From an uncultured Pseudomonadota bacterium (GTDB taxonomy: Bacteria > Pseudomonadota > Alphaproteobacteria > JACZXZ01), in the NCBI GenBank assembly GCA_963749075.1, contig CAVVLJ010000017.1:576001-640000 (forward strand): 64,000 nt of DNA. Direction: 5' to 3'. Positions 1 through 9,772 of the stretch are shown piece after piece; the stretch's first letter is position 1, and the number at the start of each line of letters is the position of its first letter. The translations under genes were made by a program, and so were the position numbers. The notes under the pieces are model-generated. The model was not told where the DNA came from. It saw only the letters and a list, made by a program, of their open reading frames with translations, and searched no databases.

Positions 1-1870
1 GACGTTGAGCACGTTCAGGCTCGGGTAGAAGGCCGCGAACATGGCCGGGATGATGGCGAAGTACTTGGCCACGTCGTTGGCGATGGAGAAGGTCGTGAGC
101 GCGCCGCGCGTGATCAGCATCTGCTTGCCGATCATGACGATCTCGATGAGCTTGGTGGGGTCGGAATCGAGATCGACCATATTGCCGGCCTCGCGCGCCG
201 CCTGGGTGCCGGTCTGCATGGCGACGCCCACGTCGGCTTGCGCCAACGCCGGCGCGTCGTTGGTGCCGTCGCCGCACATGGCGACCAGCTTGCCCTTGCC
301 CTGCTCCTCGCGGATGAGCTTGAGCTTCTCCTCGGGCGTCGCCTGGGCGAGGAAATCGTCGACCCCCGCCTCGGCGGCGATCGCGGCGGCGGTGAGCGGG
401 TTGTCGCCCGTGATCATCACCGTGCGCAAGCCCATGCGGCGGAGCTCGTCGAAGCGCTCGCGGATGCCGCCCTTGACGATGTCCTTGAGGTGGACGACGC
501 CGAGCAGCTTGCCGTCCCTGGCGACCGCGAGCGGCGTGCCGCCGGCGCGGCCGATGCGGTCGGTCGCCGCCTCGAGCTCCGCCGGCACCGGCATGTTGGG
601 ATTGTCGTTGACCTTGCGCACGTGGGCCACCACCGCCTCGACGGCGCCCTTGCGGATGGAGGAGCCCTCGAGGTCGATGCCGCTCATGCGCGTCTGCGCC
701 GAGAACTTGATGAACCGGGCATGCAGCGGCGCCATCTCGCGGCCGCGCAGGCCGTACTTCTCCTTGACCAGCACCACGATCGAGCGCCCCTCCGGCGTCT
801 CGTCGCTGAAGGAGGCGAGCTGGGCCGCGTCCGCGAGCTCGGCGTCGGAGACCCCGGGCAGCGCTATGAGCTCGGTCGCCTGGCGGTTGCCGAGCGTAAT
901 CGTGCCCGTCTTGTCGAGGAGGAGGGTGTCGACGTCGCCTGCCGCCTCGACGGCGCGGCCCGACATGGCGAGCACGTTGAACTTGACGAGGCGGTCCATG
1001 CCGGCGATGCCGATGGCCGAGAGCAGGCCGCCGATCGTCGTCGGAATGAGGCAGACGAAGAGGGCCGCCAGCACGACGACCGAGACGCTGCCGCCCGCGT
1101 AGGCCGCGAAGCTCGGGATGGTCGACGACGGCGAAGACGAAGATGATCGTCATGCCGGCAAGCAGGATGTTGAGCGCGATCTCGTTCGGCGTCTTCTGGC
1201 GCACCGCGCCCTCGACGAGCGCTATCATGCGGTCGAGGAAGGTCGAGCCGGGTGCCGCCGTGATGCGCACCACGACCCAGTCCGACAGCACGCGCGTGCC
1301 GCCGGTGACCGCCGAGCGGTCGCCGCCGCTCTCGCGGATGACGGGCGCCGATTCTCCGGTGATCGCCGATTCGTCGACCGAGGCGACGCCCTCGACCACG
1401 TCGCCGTCGCTCGGCACCACGTCGCCGGCTTCGACGAGGACGAGGTCGTCCTGCTTCAGCTTCAAGGCGGAGATCTCCTCGTAGGCGCGTCCGCCGGCGC
1501 TCTTGAGCCTCTTCGCCTTGGTCTCGGTGCGCGTGCGGCGCAAGGCGTCGGCCTGGGCCTTGCCGCGGCCCTCGGCCAAGGCTTCGGCAAAATTGGCGAA
1601 GAGCACGGTGAACCACAGCCAGCCGACGACCTGCGCGACGAAGCCGATGAGGACGCCGCCCGTCGCGAGGCCGCGAACGAGCAGCACCGTGGTCAAGGCC
1701 GCCACCACCTCGGTCACGAAGATGACCGGGTTCTTCGCGAGCGTGCGCGGATCGAGCTTGCGGAACGAGTCCACGATCGCGCGCGAGACGATGCCGCGAT
1801 GGAGACCCGCGGGTCCGCCGGGGCGATGCCGCTTGCTCCCGGGTGCCGCCATTTTCGCCATGACGTTCAT
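1..1870 (-). CDS. kdpB: K+-transporting P-type ATPase subunit B (3' end beyond window edge; +1 frameshift near 1123)
   Basis: Manual minus-strand translation gives [43 protein letters not shown], the phosphorylation motif DKTGT, and [12 protein letters not shown]. The frame changes at ~1123. Directly downstream of kdpA. Confidence 0.93.
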   Translation of the reverse strand, partial: MNVMAKMAAPGSKRHRPGGPAGLHRGIVSRAIVDSFRKLDPRTLAKNPVIFVTEVVAALTTVLLVRGLATGGVLIGFVAQVVGWLWFTVLFANFAEALAEGRGKAQADALRRTRTETKAKRLKSAGGRAYEEISALKLKQDDLVLVEAGDVVPSDGDVVEGVASVDESAITGESAPVIRESGGDRSAVTGGTRVLSDWVVVRITAAPGSTFLDRMIALVEGAVRQKTPNEIALNILLAGMTIIFVFAVVDHPELRGLRGRQRLGRRAGGPLRLPHSDDDRRPALGHRHRRHGPPRQVQRARHVGPRRRGGRRRRHPPPRQDGHDYARQPPGDRAHSAARGLRRRARGRGPARLLQRRDAGGALDRGAGQGEVRPARPRDGAAACPVHQVLGADAHERHRPRGLLHPQGRRRGGGGPRAQGQRQSQHAGAGGARGGDRPHRPRRRHAARGRQGRQAARRRPPQGHRQGRHPRALRRAPPHGLAHGDDHGRQPAHRRRDRRRGGGRRFPRPGDARGEAQAHPRGAGQGQAGRHVRRRHQRRAGVGASRRGRRHADRHPGGARGRQYGRSRFRPHQAHRDRHDRQADADHARRAHDLLHRQRRGQVLRHHPGHVRGLLPEPERAQR

Positions 1871-1880
1871 GATCTTCCGC

Positions 1881-3614
1881 TCACGTTGAGAACAGCTTGC
1901 CGGAGTGCATCAGCATGTGCTCGACGCCCGGGCCAAGCGAGAGTGCCGCGAAATAGGTGAGCCCCACGGTGATGAGGATCACGCCGGCGAGGAGCGCCAC
2001 GAAGAGGCCGTTGTCGGTGGGGAACGTGCCGGCCGACGGCGGCACGATCTTCTTGGCCGCAAGCGAGCCCGCCACGGCGAGCAGCGGGACGACCATCGCG
2101 AAACGGCCGATCAGCATCGCGAAGGCCAGCGTCACGTTGTAGAAGAGCGTATTGCCGTTGAGGCCCGCGAAGGCGCTGCCGTTGTTCCCCGTGCTCGAGC
2201 TGTAGGCATAGAGGATCTCGGAAAAGCCGTGCGGGCCTGCGTTGGCGATGCCGGCGAGCCCGGCGGGCAGCACGCTCGCGAGTGCCGTGAAGCCGAGGAT
2301 CGACATCGGCAGCACGAGGAAGGCGAGCATGGTCAGCTTGACCTCGTTCTGCTCGAGCTTCTTGCCGACGTATTCCGGCGTGCGCCCGACCATGAGCCCG
2401 GCGATGAAGAGCGTCACGATGGCGAACACCAGGATGCCGTAGAGCCCGGAGCCGACGCCGCCCCAGATGACCTCGCCGAGCTCGATGTCGAGCAGCGGGA
2501 TCATGCCGCCGAGCGGCGTGAAGCTGTCGTGCATGCCGTTGACGGCGCCGCACGAGGCGTCGGTGGTGAGCGTCGCGAAGAGCGCCGTGTCGGCGATGCC
2601 GAAGCGGACCTCCTTGCCCTCCATGTTGCCGCCGGCCTGGGCGGCGCCGGCACTCTGGTCGACGCCGAAGGGGGCGAAGTTGGGGTTGCCCGCGCTCTCG
2701 GCGCCGTAGAGGATGAGCACGCCCGCGATCGAGAGCACCGCCATGGTCCCGAAGAGCGCCCAGCCCTGCATCGGGTTGCCCACCATGCGGCCGAACAAGT
2801 TGGTGAGTGCGGCGCCGATCGAGATCATCAGGAGCATCTGCAGGAAGTTGGCGAGCGCCGTCGGGTTCTCGTAAGGGTGCGCCGCGTTGGCGTTGAAGAA
2901 GCCGCCGCCGTTGGTGCCCAGCATCTTGATCGCCATCTGCGAGGCGACCGGGCCTTGCGCGATCACCTGCTTGCCGCCCTCGAGCGTCGCCGCCTCGACG
3001 TAGCCGCCGAGGTTCTGCGGCACGCCTTGCCACACCAGGACGAGCGCCGCGACGATAGAGATCGGCAGCAGGATATAGAGCGTGCAGCGCACCAGGTCGG
3101 CCCAGAAATTGCCGATGCCCTTGGCCGAGCGGCGCGCGAAGCCGCGCGTCAGCGCCACCGCCATGACGATGCCGGTGGCGGCGGAGGCGTAGTTCTGCAC
3201 CGTGAGCCCCGCCATCTGCACGAGATAGCTGAGCGTGCTCTCGCCGCCGTAGTTCTGCCAGTTGGTGTTGGTGACGAAGCTGATGCCCGTGTTGAAGGCG
3301 AGGCCGGGCGCTACGTTGTCCATGCCCTGCGGGTTGAACGGCAGGTAGGCCTGCAGGCGCTGCAGCGCATAGAGCAGCACGAAGCCCGCGAAATTGAACA
3401 GCAGCATGGCGAAGGCATAGCTCGTCCAGTGCTGGTCGCTCTTCGCATCGACGCCGGCCAGGCGATAGAAGAGCGCCTCGAGCGGGCGCAGCACCGGCGA
3501 GAGGAAGGTGCGCTCGCCCGCGAAGACGCGCGTCATGTAGCCGCCGAGCGGCTTGGTGAGTGCGGCGATGATCGCGAAGTAGATCGCGATCTGGATCAGC
3601 CCATTGGCGGTCAT
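1881..3614 (-). CDS. kdpA: K+-transporting ATPase subunit A
   Basis: 577 aa hydrophobic protein with KdpA motifs [45 protein letters not shown]. Confidence 0.97.
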   Translation of the reverse strand: MTANGLIQIAIYFAIIAALTKPLGGYMTRVFAGERTFLSPVLRPLEALFYRLAGVDAKSDQHWTSYAFAMLLFNFAGFVLLYALQRLQAYLPFNPQGMDNVAPGLAFNTGISFVTNTNWQNYGGESTLSYLVQMAGLTVQNYASAATGIVMAVALTRGFARRSAKGIGNFWADLVRCTLYILLPISIVAALVLVWQGVPQNLGGYVEAATLEGGKQVIAQGPVASQMAIKMLGTNGGGFFNANAAHPYENPTALANFLQMLLMISIGAALTNLFGRMVGNPMQGWALFGTMAVLSIAGVLILYGAESAGNPNFAPFGVDQSAGAAQAGGNMEGKEVRFGIADTALFATLTTDASCGAVNGMHDSFTPLGGMIPLLDIELGEVIWGGVGSGLYGILVFAIVTLFIAGLMVGRTPEYVGKKLEQNEVKLTMLAFLVLPMSILGFTALASVLPAGLAGIANAGPHGFSEILYAYSSSTGNNGSAFAGLNGNTLFYNVTLAFAMLIGRFAMVVPLLAVAGSLAAKKIVPPSAGTFPTDNGLFVALLAGVILITVGLTYFAALSLGPGVEHMLMHSGKLFST

Positions 3615-3624
3615 GGCGTGCCCC

Positions 3625-3714
3625 CTAGAAGAGCTCGGGACGGATCAGGGCTACGACCAGATAGGCGAGGATTGCCAGCGCAACCGCGCCGCCCAGGATG
3701 AAATCGAACAACAT
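3625..3714 (-). CDS. kdpF: KdpF small membrane subunit (29 aa)
   Basis: [29 protein letters not shown] carries the YL..AL.RPE.F signature. GAGG RBS; immediately upstream of kdpA. Confidence 0.9.
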   Translation of the reverse strand: MLFDFILGGAVALAILAYLVVALIRPELF

Positions 3715-3721
3715 GGCGACC

Positions 3722-3805
3722 TCAGAACCTGTCGCAGAGGACGACGTAACCGATGAGGAGGGCAAGCGAGCCCAGCCCCAACGCGACCATGACCGCGTCA
3801 AGCAT
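3722..3805 (-). CDS. 27-aa hydrophobic peptide upstream of kdpF
   Basis: MLDAVMVALGLGSLALLIGYVVLCDRF, preceded by a GAGGA RBS and ending 7 nt before the kdpF start. One predicted TM helix. Confidence 0.7.
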   Translation of the reverse strand: MLDAVMVALGLGSLALLIGYVVLCDRF

Positions 3806-3920
3806 CGGGAGTTCCTCGTTTCCAAGCGCGCTCCACCCTCCCCTCGAGCCGCAGGCCCGACCGGCCGGCGACCGCGAACGAGGACGATGGATCGAAAGAG
3901 CGCTGTTTTTAGGGCATAGG

Positions 3921-4130
3921 CGCATAAAAAATCGATACCGAACTCGGGCCGCCGGCATAAAAATTCCATAAAGACTCCGACTGTTCAGGCGAACCGCGAC
4001 GCCGACATCGACCCGTGATGCCGGAATTAACACCGAGGAAGCCGGCCCGCGGCCAGATTTGCATCAATCGGGCTCGCTCTTTGATGCTTTTTTTACGGCG
4101 AAGGATCGAAATCCAAATCGATTTTTTATG
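3921..4130. promoter_or_regulatory. Divergent kdp promoter region with T-rich KdpE-like boxes
   Basis: TCTTTATGGAATTTTTATGCC (minus, 3954-3974) and TCTTTGATGCTTTTTTTACGG (plus, 4078-4098) resemble the E. coli KdpE site. A perfect 14-bp inverted pair ATCGATTTTTTATG lies at 3923-3936 and 4117-4130. Confidence 0.6.
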
Positions 4131-4184
4131 GCGCCCCGCGCTATCCATTGCGCCCATAGCGAAATTCTTTGACGGGAGAGGGCC

Positions 4185-4574
4185 ATGCTCTCTTGGCAGT
4201 TTCTCATGTTCATGCGCTTTGCCGGCGGCATTGCGCTGATCGCGATTTTTGTGGCGTTCGTAGCGCTCGGGAAAATTCTCCGGGCGCTCAGAGAGCGCGC
4301 CCGGCGCCGTGCCACGGCGGAGCCCCAGAGCTCGCGCATTGCGCGCGGCGGCGCGGGCCGCGCCGCGGCGGCCATGCTGCTCGCCGCACTCGCCCTTCCG
4401 GCATTCGGCTCCCTCGCCGCCACGGCGACCTCTTGGCCGCCCAGGTCCACCGAAGCCTGCGTGGCCCCGGTGCCGCAGCCGCCGCTCGCCGGATCGCCGG
4501 AGGGCTGTGCCGGGCGAAGCGGCACGGCGCCGAAATCCCACGCGCTCGCCAGGCCCGAGGGCCGGGCCATCTGA
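4185..4574 (+). CDS. Hypothetical small membrane protein
   Basis: GGGAGAGG RBS before ATG and two hydrophobic stretches. No family recognised. Confidence 0.45.
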   Translation: MLSWQFLMFMRFAGGIALIAIFVAFVALGKILRALRERARRRATAEPQSSRIARGGAGRAAAAMLLAALALPAFGSLAATATSWPPRSTEACVAPVPQPPLAGSPEGCAGRSGTAPKSHALARPEGRAI

Positions 4575-4752
4575 GCGAGCCTCCACGCCAACGCCTGCAG
4601 GCCCTGGGGATTAGTGTCGCCCGCCGATGTTCCTGGACGTTGCGGTGCCGGCGCTCCTTTTGACGATCAATCTCGACGCGGGAAACGCGGTCCTCTCCGT
4701 GCGCGGCAACGGGCCGTCGGAGCGCTCGCGCCGCCAAGGGGAGATTTAGAGG

Positions 4753-6046
4753 ATGGACAAGATCACCGCCAATGCGGCCGTCGTCATGCTCGCCGCATCG
4801 CTGGCGGCAATTCACTCGCACGCCCGCGCCGGCGAGGTTCCCGCGCCCGAGCTCGCCCAGACGAGCACCGAGCAGAAGCCCGCCGAGACGCCGCCCTCGT
4901 GGTGGGATAGCTTCAAGAATCTCGGGCCACCTCGAGGCGGGCCTGACCGGCAATCCGGACGACCCCGGCGACCATCGCAACTTCGGACGCCTCTTCGACG
5001 ACCACGCCAATCAGCCCGTGCTCAACCAGCTCATGGTCACGCTCGAGCGCCCGCTCGATCCCAAGGCGGCCGGCTACGACGCGGGCTTCCGCTTCCAGGC
5101 GATGTACGGGTCGGACGAGCGCTTCACGCATTACTTCGCCCAATTCGACCATGCGGTCGACGCGACCGAAGAGATCGGCATCGTCGAGGCCAATGCGAGC
5201 GTCCATGTGCCGGGCATCGGTGCGGGCGGGCTGGACGTGAAGGTCGGCCAGTTCGCCTCGCCGATGAGCGCCGAATCGATCGACGCCAGCCAGAACTCGC
5301 TCTATTCGCACAGCTACATCTTCAATTTCGGCGTGCCCTTCGTGCATACCGGCCTCCTTGCGGCGGCCCACGTCACGCCGCTCCTCGATCTCTACCTCGG
5401 CCTCGATACCGGCGTGAACGCCTGGCTCGGCGGCGGCGGCCTCGCCAACGATACCGTGCCGCACGGCCAGGCCGGCTTCGGGCTCAATCTGCTCGACGGC
5501 AATCTCAGCGTGCTCGGCCTCGCGCACATCGGGCCCGAGAACCCGAAGAGCACCTTCGGCCCCGCGGCCGACGGAGCGCTTCGTTATCTCAACGACATCA
5601 CGGTCGTGTGGAAGGCAAGCGAGCGCCTGACCCTCACCACCGACCTCAACTACATCCACGACGACGGGCTCAAGGCCTCGGGCGGCGGCGCTGCCCAGTA
5701 CGCCGCCTATGCGATCGACGACATTTTCACCGTCATCGGCCGCGGCGAGGTCTGGCGCGACGGCAGCGGCGTCTTCGTCGCGAGCTACCGGCAGCCCTTC
5801 GACTACATCAATTCCGAGCGCGGCCTGCCGACGAGCCCGGGCGGCGTCGCGGGCGGCGGCAGCACGACCTACGGCGCCTTCACCCTCGGCGTCAACATCA
5901 AGCCGCCGGTGCCCAAGGCCATCGCGGGATTCGTGATCCGCCCCGAGCTCCGCTTCGACGACGCGCTCAACGGTACCAAGCCGTTCAATGGCGGCAAGAG
6001 CGGTCACCAGACGACGATCGCCGCCGACTTCATCTTGCCGTTCTGA
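4753..6046 (+). CDS. Outer-membrane beta-barrel porin (BBP2/DUF1597-like); +1 frameshift near 4918
   Basis: Signal-peptide ORF (MDKITANAAVVML...SWWDSFK) joins the next frame (ISGHLEAG...NFGRLFDDHANQPVLNQ...YSHSYIFNFGVPF..TG...RPELRFD). C-terminal Phe. Confidence 0.75.
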
Positions 6047-6095
6047 AACCGCCACGGGGCGGCATCTCCGATCACACGAGGACAGGGAGGCGGCA

Positions 6096-6368
6096 ATGCG
6101 CGAGGGGAAACTTCCCGAGATGGTCGAGCGGGTGCGGAATGCGCTGCTCGTCTCGCTGCGCTCCGCGGTCTCGCACGATCCCTCCGCGGAGGCGGCATGC
6201 GCGCAGGCCGCGCGCGCGGCCATCCTCGCACTCAAGACGCCGAGCGACGACATGCTGCAAGCCATGAACGACGCCGTCTATCGGCACCACGAGCCGCCGG
6301 AGGGCGCCTATAGCGCCGCGATTTCCGCGGCACTCGGCGAAGTGGCCGGGACCGTCAAAGCGGAGTGA
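6096..6368 (+). CDS. Hypothetical protein (90 aa)
   Basis: GGGAGG RBS before ATG 6096 and host-like codon usage. Confidence 0.55.
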   Translation: MREGKLPEMVERVRNALLVSLRSAVSHDPSAEAACAQAARAAILALKTPSDDMLQAMNDAVYRHHEPPEGAYSAAISAALGEVAGTVKAE

Positions 6369-6489
6369 GCGGCCCCGGCTCGCGGCACTCGCAGAAACTA
6401 TTGGCAATTGCCGTTCTTGCTTGCATAATGCGCGCCGCCAATCGCGTGCCCTGCGACCGCTCCGCGAGTCCCAACCAACGGAGAGATCC

Positions 6490-6981
6490 ATGTCCGCCCA
6501 CGATCGCGCACCGCCCCGCTTCAGCGCAAGCGGGATACTTCCCAAAACAATCATTGCCATGCTTGCAGGCTTGCTCTGCTGGGTGCCCGTCCGCGCCCAC
6601 GCGGCGTCGAAGACGGGCAAGAGCGCCCTCGCCGTCTGTTCGGCCCCGGCGCGGCACGCGCGCCGGCACCTCGATTGCGTCGTCGATACCGGCACGGCGA
6701 CATGGTACGGCAAGGGCTTTCACGGCCATACGACCGCGAACGGCGAGGTCTACAACATGAATGCGCTGACCGCGGCGCACGCCAGCTTGCCGATGAACAC
6801 GCTCGTGCGCGTGACCTACCTGCGCACCGGCCGCTCCGTGGTGGTGCGCATCAACGACCGCATCCCGGCCTTCGTCGACAGCGTGATCGACCTCTCCGCC
6901 AAGGCGGCCGCGCTCCTCGGCATGAAGCGGCGCGGCGCCGGCACGGTCGAGATCGTCTATCTCGCCAAAGGCGACATCTGA
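6490..6981 (+). CDS. rlpA: RlpA-family lytic transglycosylase (DPBB domain)
   Basis: GTATWYG..FHG..TANGE.YNMNALTAAHASLP...VVVRINDR...IDLS..AA..LG. Confidence 0.88.
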   Translation: MSAHDRAPPRFSASGILPKTIIAMLAGLLCWVPVRAHAASKTGKSALAVCSAPARHARRHLDCVVDTGTATWYGKGFHGHTTANGEVYNMNALTAAHASLPMNTLVRVTYLRTGRSVVVRINDRIPAFVDSVIDLSAKAAALLGMKRRGAGTVEIVYLAKGDI

Positions 6982-7003
6982 CGCGCGCGCGTCGCGCCGG
7001 CCC

Positions 7004-9772
7004 CTACTCCGCGGCTGCGGCCTCTTCCACCTTCTCGATGCGCGCGGCGCAGTATTTGAATTCGGGAATCTTCCCGAACGGGTCGAGCTGCGGATTGGTG
7101 AGGATGTTGGCGGCCGCCTCGGCGTAGCAGAAGGGGATGAACACCATGCCGTCGGGGACAGCGCCGTCGGCGCGCGCCTTGAGCTCGATGGCGCCGCGCC
7201 GGGTTGCGACGCGCACCCGCTCGCCGGCCTTAATGCCGTGCTTCCACAGCCAGGCCGGCGAGAGCGAGGCCACCGCCTCGGGCTCGAGCGCGTCGAGCAC
7301 CGAGGCGCGCCGCGTCATCGCACCCGTGTGCCAATGCTCGAGCTGGCGGCCCGTGGTGAGCACCAGGGGGTAAGCCTCGTCCGGCGTCTCGGCCGGCGGG
7401 ATGATCGCCGCCGGCACCAGCTTGGCGCGGCCATTCGCCGTCGGGTAGCCGTCGGCGAAGACGACGCTGTGGCCGGGATCGTCCGGCCCGTCCGAGGGAT
7501 AGGTGACCGCGTTCTGACGCGCGAGGCGGTCCCAAGAGATGTTCTTCCATGACGGCATCATCTGCGCCATCTCGGCGAAGACGTCGCGCGGGTGGCCGTA
7601 GCGCCAGTCGAGCCCGATGCGCCGCGCCAGCTCCTGGATGATCCACCAGTCCTGGCGCGCCTCGCCGGGAAGCGGCAGGGCGGCGCGGCCCATCTGCACT
7701 TGGCGGTTGGTGTTGGTGACGGTGCCGTCCTTCTCCGGCCAGGCCGAGGCGGGCAGCACCACGTCCGCGTGGAAGGCGGTCTCGGTGAGGAAGATATCCT
7801 GCACCACGAGATGCTCGAGCTTGGCGAGCGCCTCGCGCGCGTGCTGCGCGTCGGGGTCCGACATGGCCGGATTCTCGCCCATGATGTACATGCCGCGGAT
7901 GTCGCCGTCGAGGATGGCGTGGACGATCTCGACCACCGTGAGACCGCGCTTGGGGTCGAGCTCGGTGCCCCAGAACGCCTCATATTCCTTGCGCACGGTC
8001 TCGTCCTCGACGGAGCGGTAGTCGGGATAGACCATGGGGATGAGGCCGGCGTCGGAGGCGCCCTGCACGTTGTTCTGGCCGCGCAAGGGATGGAGGCCGC
8101 TCCCCGGCCGGCCGACCTGGCCCGTGACCATGGCGAGTGCGATGAGGCAGCGCGCGTTGTCGGTGCCGTGGATGTGCTGCGAGATGCCCATGCCCCAGAA
8201 GACGATGCCGGCCTCGGCGCGCGCGAAGGTGCGCGCCACGGTGCGCAAGGTGCCTGCATCGATGCCGCAGATCTCGGCCATCTTCTCGGGCGCGTAGTCC
8301 TTGAGGTGCTCCTTGAGCGCCTCGAAGTTCTCGGTATAGGTCGCGACGTACTGGCGGTCGTAGAGCCCCTCGTAGACGATGGTGTGGAGGATGCCGTTGA
8401 GCATCGCCACGTCCGAGCCCGGCTTGAACTGCAGCATGTGGGTGGCGTGGCGCTTCAAGGCCTGGCCGCGCGGATCCATGACGATGAGCTTGGCGCCGCG
8501 CTTGGCCGCCTGCTTGAAGAAAGTCGCCGCCACCGGATGGTTCTCGGTCGGGTTGGCGCCGATCACGATGATGACGTCGGAGTTCATGCACTCGTTGAAG
8601 GTGGCGGTCACGGCACCCGAGCCGATGCCCTCCATGAGGGCGGCGACCGAGGAGGCGTGGCAGAGCCGCGTGCAGTGATCGACGTTGTTGGAGCCGAAGC
8701 CGGTGCGCACGAGCTTCTGGAAGAGATAGGCCTCCTCGTTGGAGCCCTTGGCCGAGCCGAAGCCGGCGAGCGCGCGCTTGCCGTGGCTGTCGCGGATGCG
8801 CTTCAAGCCCGCCGCGGCGAGCCCGAGCGCCTCCTCCCAGGTCCCCTCGCGGAAATGCGTCCAGGGATTGGCCGGGTCCACCTGCTCGTCCGCGCGCTTG
8901 CCCACGCCGGGCTTGCGGATGAGCGGCTTCAGGAGCCGGTGCGGATGGTGGACGTAATCGAAGCCGAAGCGGCCCTTGACGCAGAGCCGCGCGTGGTTCG
9001 AGGGACCCGGCCTGCCCTCGGCATAGAGCAGCTTGTCGTCCTTGATCTTGAAGCTCAGCTGGCAGCCCACCCCGCAGTAGGGGCAGATGCTCGCGACCTC
9101 GCGGTCCGGCACCTTGGCGAGGCGCTCCTCCTCGTCGAGCAGTGCCGCCGGCATGAGGGCGCCCGTGGGGCAGGCCTGCACGCATTCGCCGCAGGCGACG
9201 CAAGTGCTGCGCCCCATGGCATCGTCGAAGTCGAAGACGATCTTGGCGCGATGGCCGCGGCCCGCCATGCCGATCACGTCGTTCACCTGCACCTCGCGGC
9301 AGGCGCGGACGCAGAGGTTGCAGTGGATGCAGGCGTCGAGGTTGACGCGCATGGCCGGATGGCTCGCGTCCTTTGCCGGCGCGTCCCGCCGGGGAAAGCG
9401 CGAGAGGGCGATGCCGAAGGAGTCCGCCCAGCGCCAGAACTCGGACTTGGGGTCGTGCGCGGTCTCGCGCTGCGGTTGATCGGCTAAGAGGAGCTCCATC
9501 ACCATCTTGCGCGCGGACTTGGCGCGCTCGGACGCGGTCGTGACCTCCATGCCGGCCGTGGGCTTGCGGACGCAGGAGGCGGCAAGCACGCGCTCGCCCT
9601 TGATCTCGACCATGCAGGCGCGGCAATTGCCGTCGGCGCGGTAATCGGGATAGGGCTGCCAGCAGAGATGCGGGATCTCGTGGCCGAGGCGGTCGGCAAC
9701 TTGCCAGATGGTCTCGCCGGCGGCGGCCTCGACCTCGCGGCCGTCGAGCATGAACTTCACCGTCTCGCTCAT
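7004..9772 (-). CDS. fdhF: Formate dehydrogenase alpha subunit (Mo/W-bis-MGD, Cys ligand)
   Basis: N-terminal 2Fe-2S/4Fe-4S motifs, CPYCGVGC, DHCTRLCHASSV, PLRGQNNVQG, LTTGR. True start MSETVKF (ATG 9772) is coupled to the upstream stop codon. Confidence 0.95.
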   Translation of the reverse strand: MSETVKFMLDGREVEAAAGETIWQVADRLGHEIPHLCWQPYPDYRADGNCRACMVEIKGERVLAASCVRKPTAGMEVTTASERAKSARKMVMELLLADQPQRETAHDPKSEFWRWADSFGIALSRFPRRDAPAKDASHPAMRVNLDACIHCNLCVRACREVQVNDVIGMAGRGHRAKIVFDFDDAMGRSTCVACGECVQACPTGALMPAALLDEEERLAKVPDREVASICPYCGVGCQLSFKIKDDKLLYAEGRPGPSNHARLCVKGRFGFDYVHHPHRLLKPLIRKPGVGKRADEQVDPANPWTHFREGTWEEALGLAAAGLKRIRDSHGKRALAGFGSAKGSNEEAYLFQKLVRTGFGSNNVDHCTRLCHASSVAALMEGIGSGAVTATFNECMNSDVIIVIGANPTENHPVAATFFKQAAKRGAKLIVMDPRGQALKRHATHMLQFKPGSDVAMLNGILHTIVYEGLYDRQYVATYTENFEALKEHLKDYAPEKMAEICGIDAGTLRTVARTFARAEAGIVFWGMGISQHIHGTDNARCLIALAMVTGQVGRPGSGLHPLRGQNNVQGASDAGLIPMVYPDYRSVEDETVRKEYEAFWGTELDPKRGLTVVEIVHAILDGDIRGMYIMGENPAMSDPDAQHAREALAKLEHLVVQDIFLTETAFHADVVLPASAWPEKDGTVTNTNRQVQMGRAALPLPGEARQDWWIIQELARRIGLDWRYGHPRDVFAEMAQMMPSWKNISWDRLARQNAVTYPSDGPDDPGHSVVFADGYPTANGRAKLVPAAIIPPAETPDEAYPLVLTTGRQLEHWHTGAMTRRASVLDALEPEAVASLSPAWLWKHGIKAGERVRVATRRGAIELKARADGAVPDGMVFIPFCYAEAAANILTNPQLDPFGKIPEFKYCAARIEKVEEAAAAE

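Noticed and set aside
41-3701. Long plus-strand ORFs opposite kdpB/kdpA, and similar antisense ORFs throughout (for example 27691-30576 and 30894-33230)
   Set aside because: These are shadow ORFs typical of high-GC codon bias. The opposite strand carries recognisable genes.
8640-8690. Selenocysteine recoding in FDH
   Set aside because: The active-site residue is encoded as Cys (RLCH) and there is no in-frame TGA.
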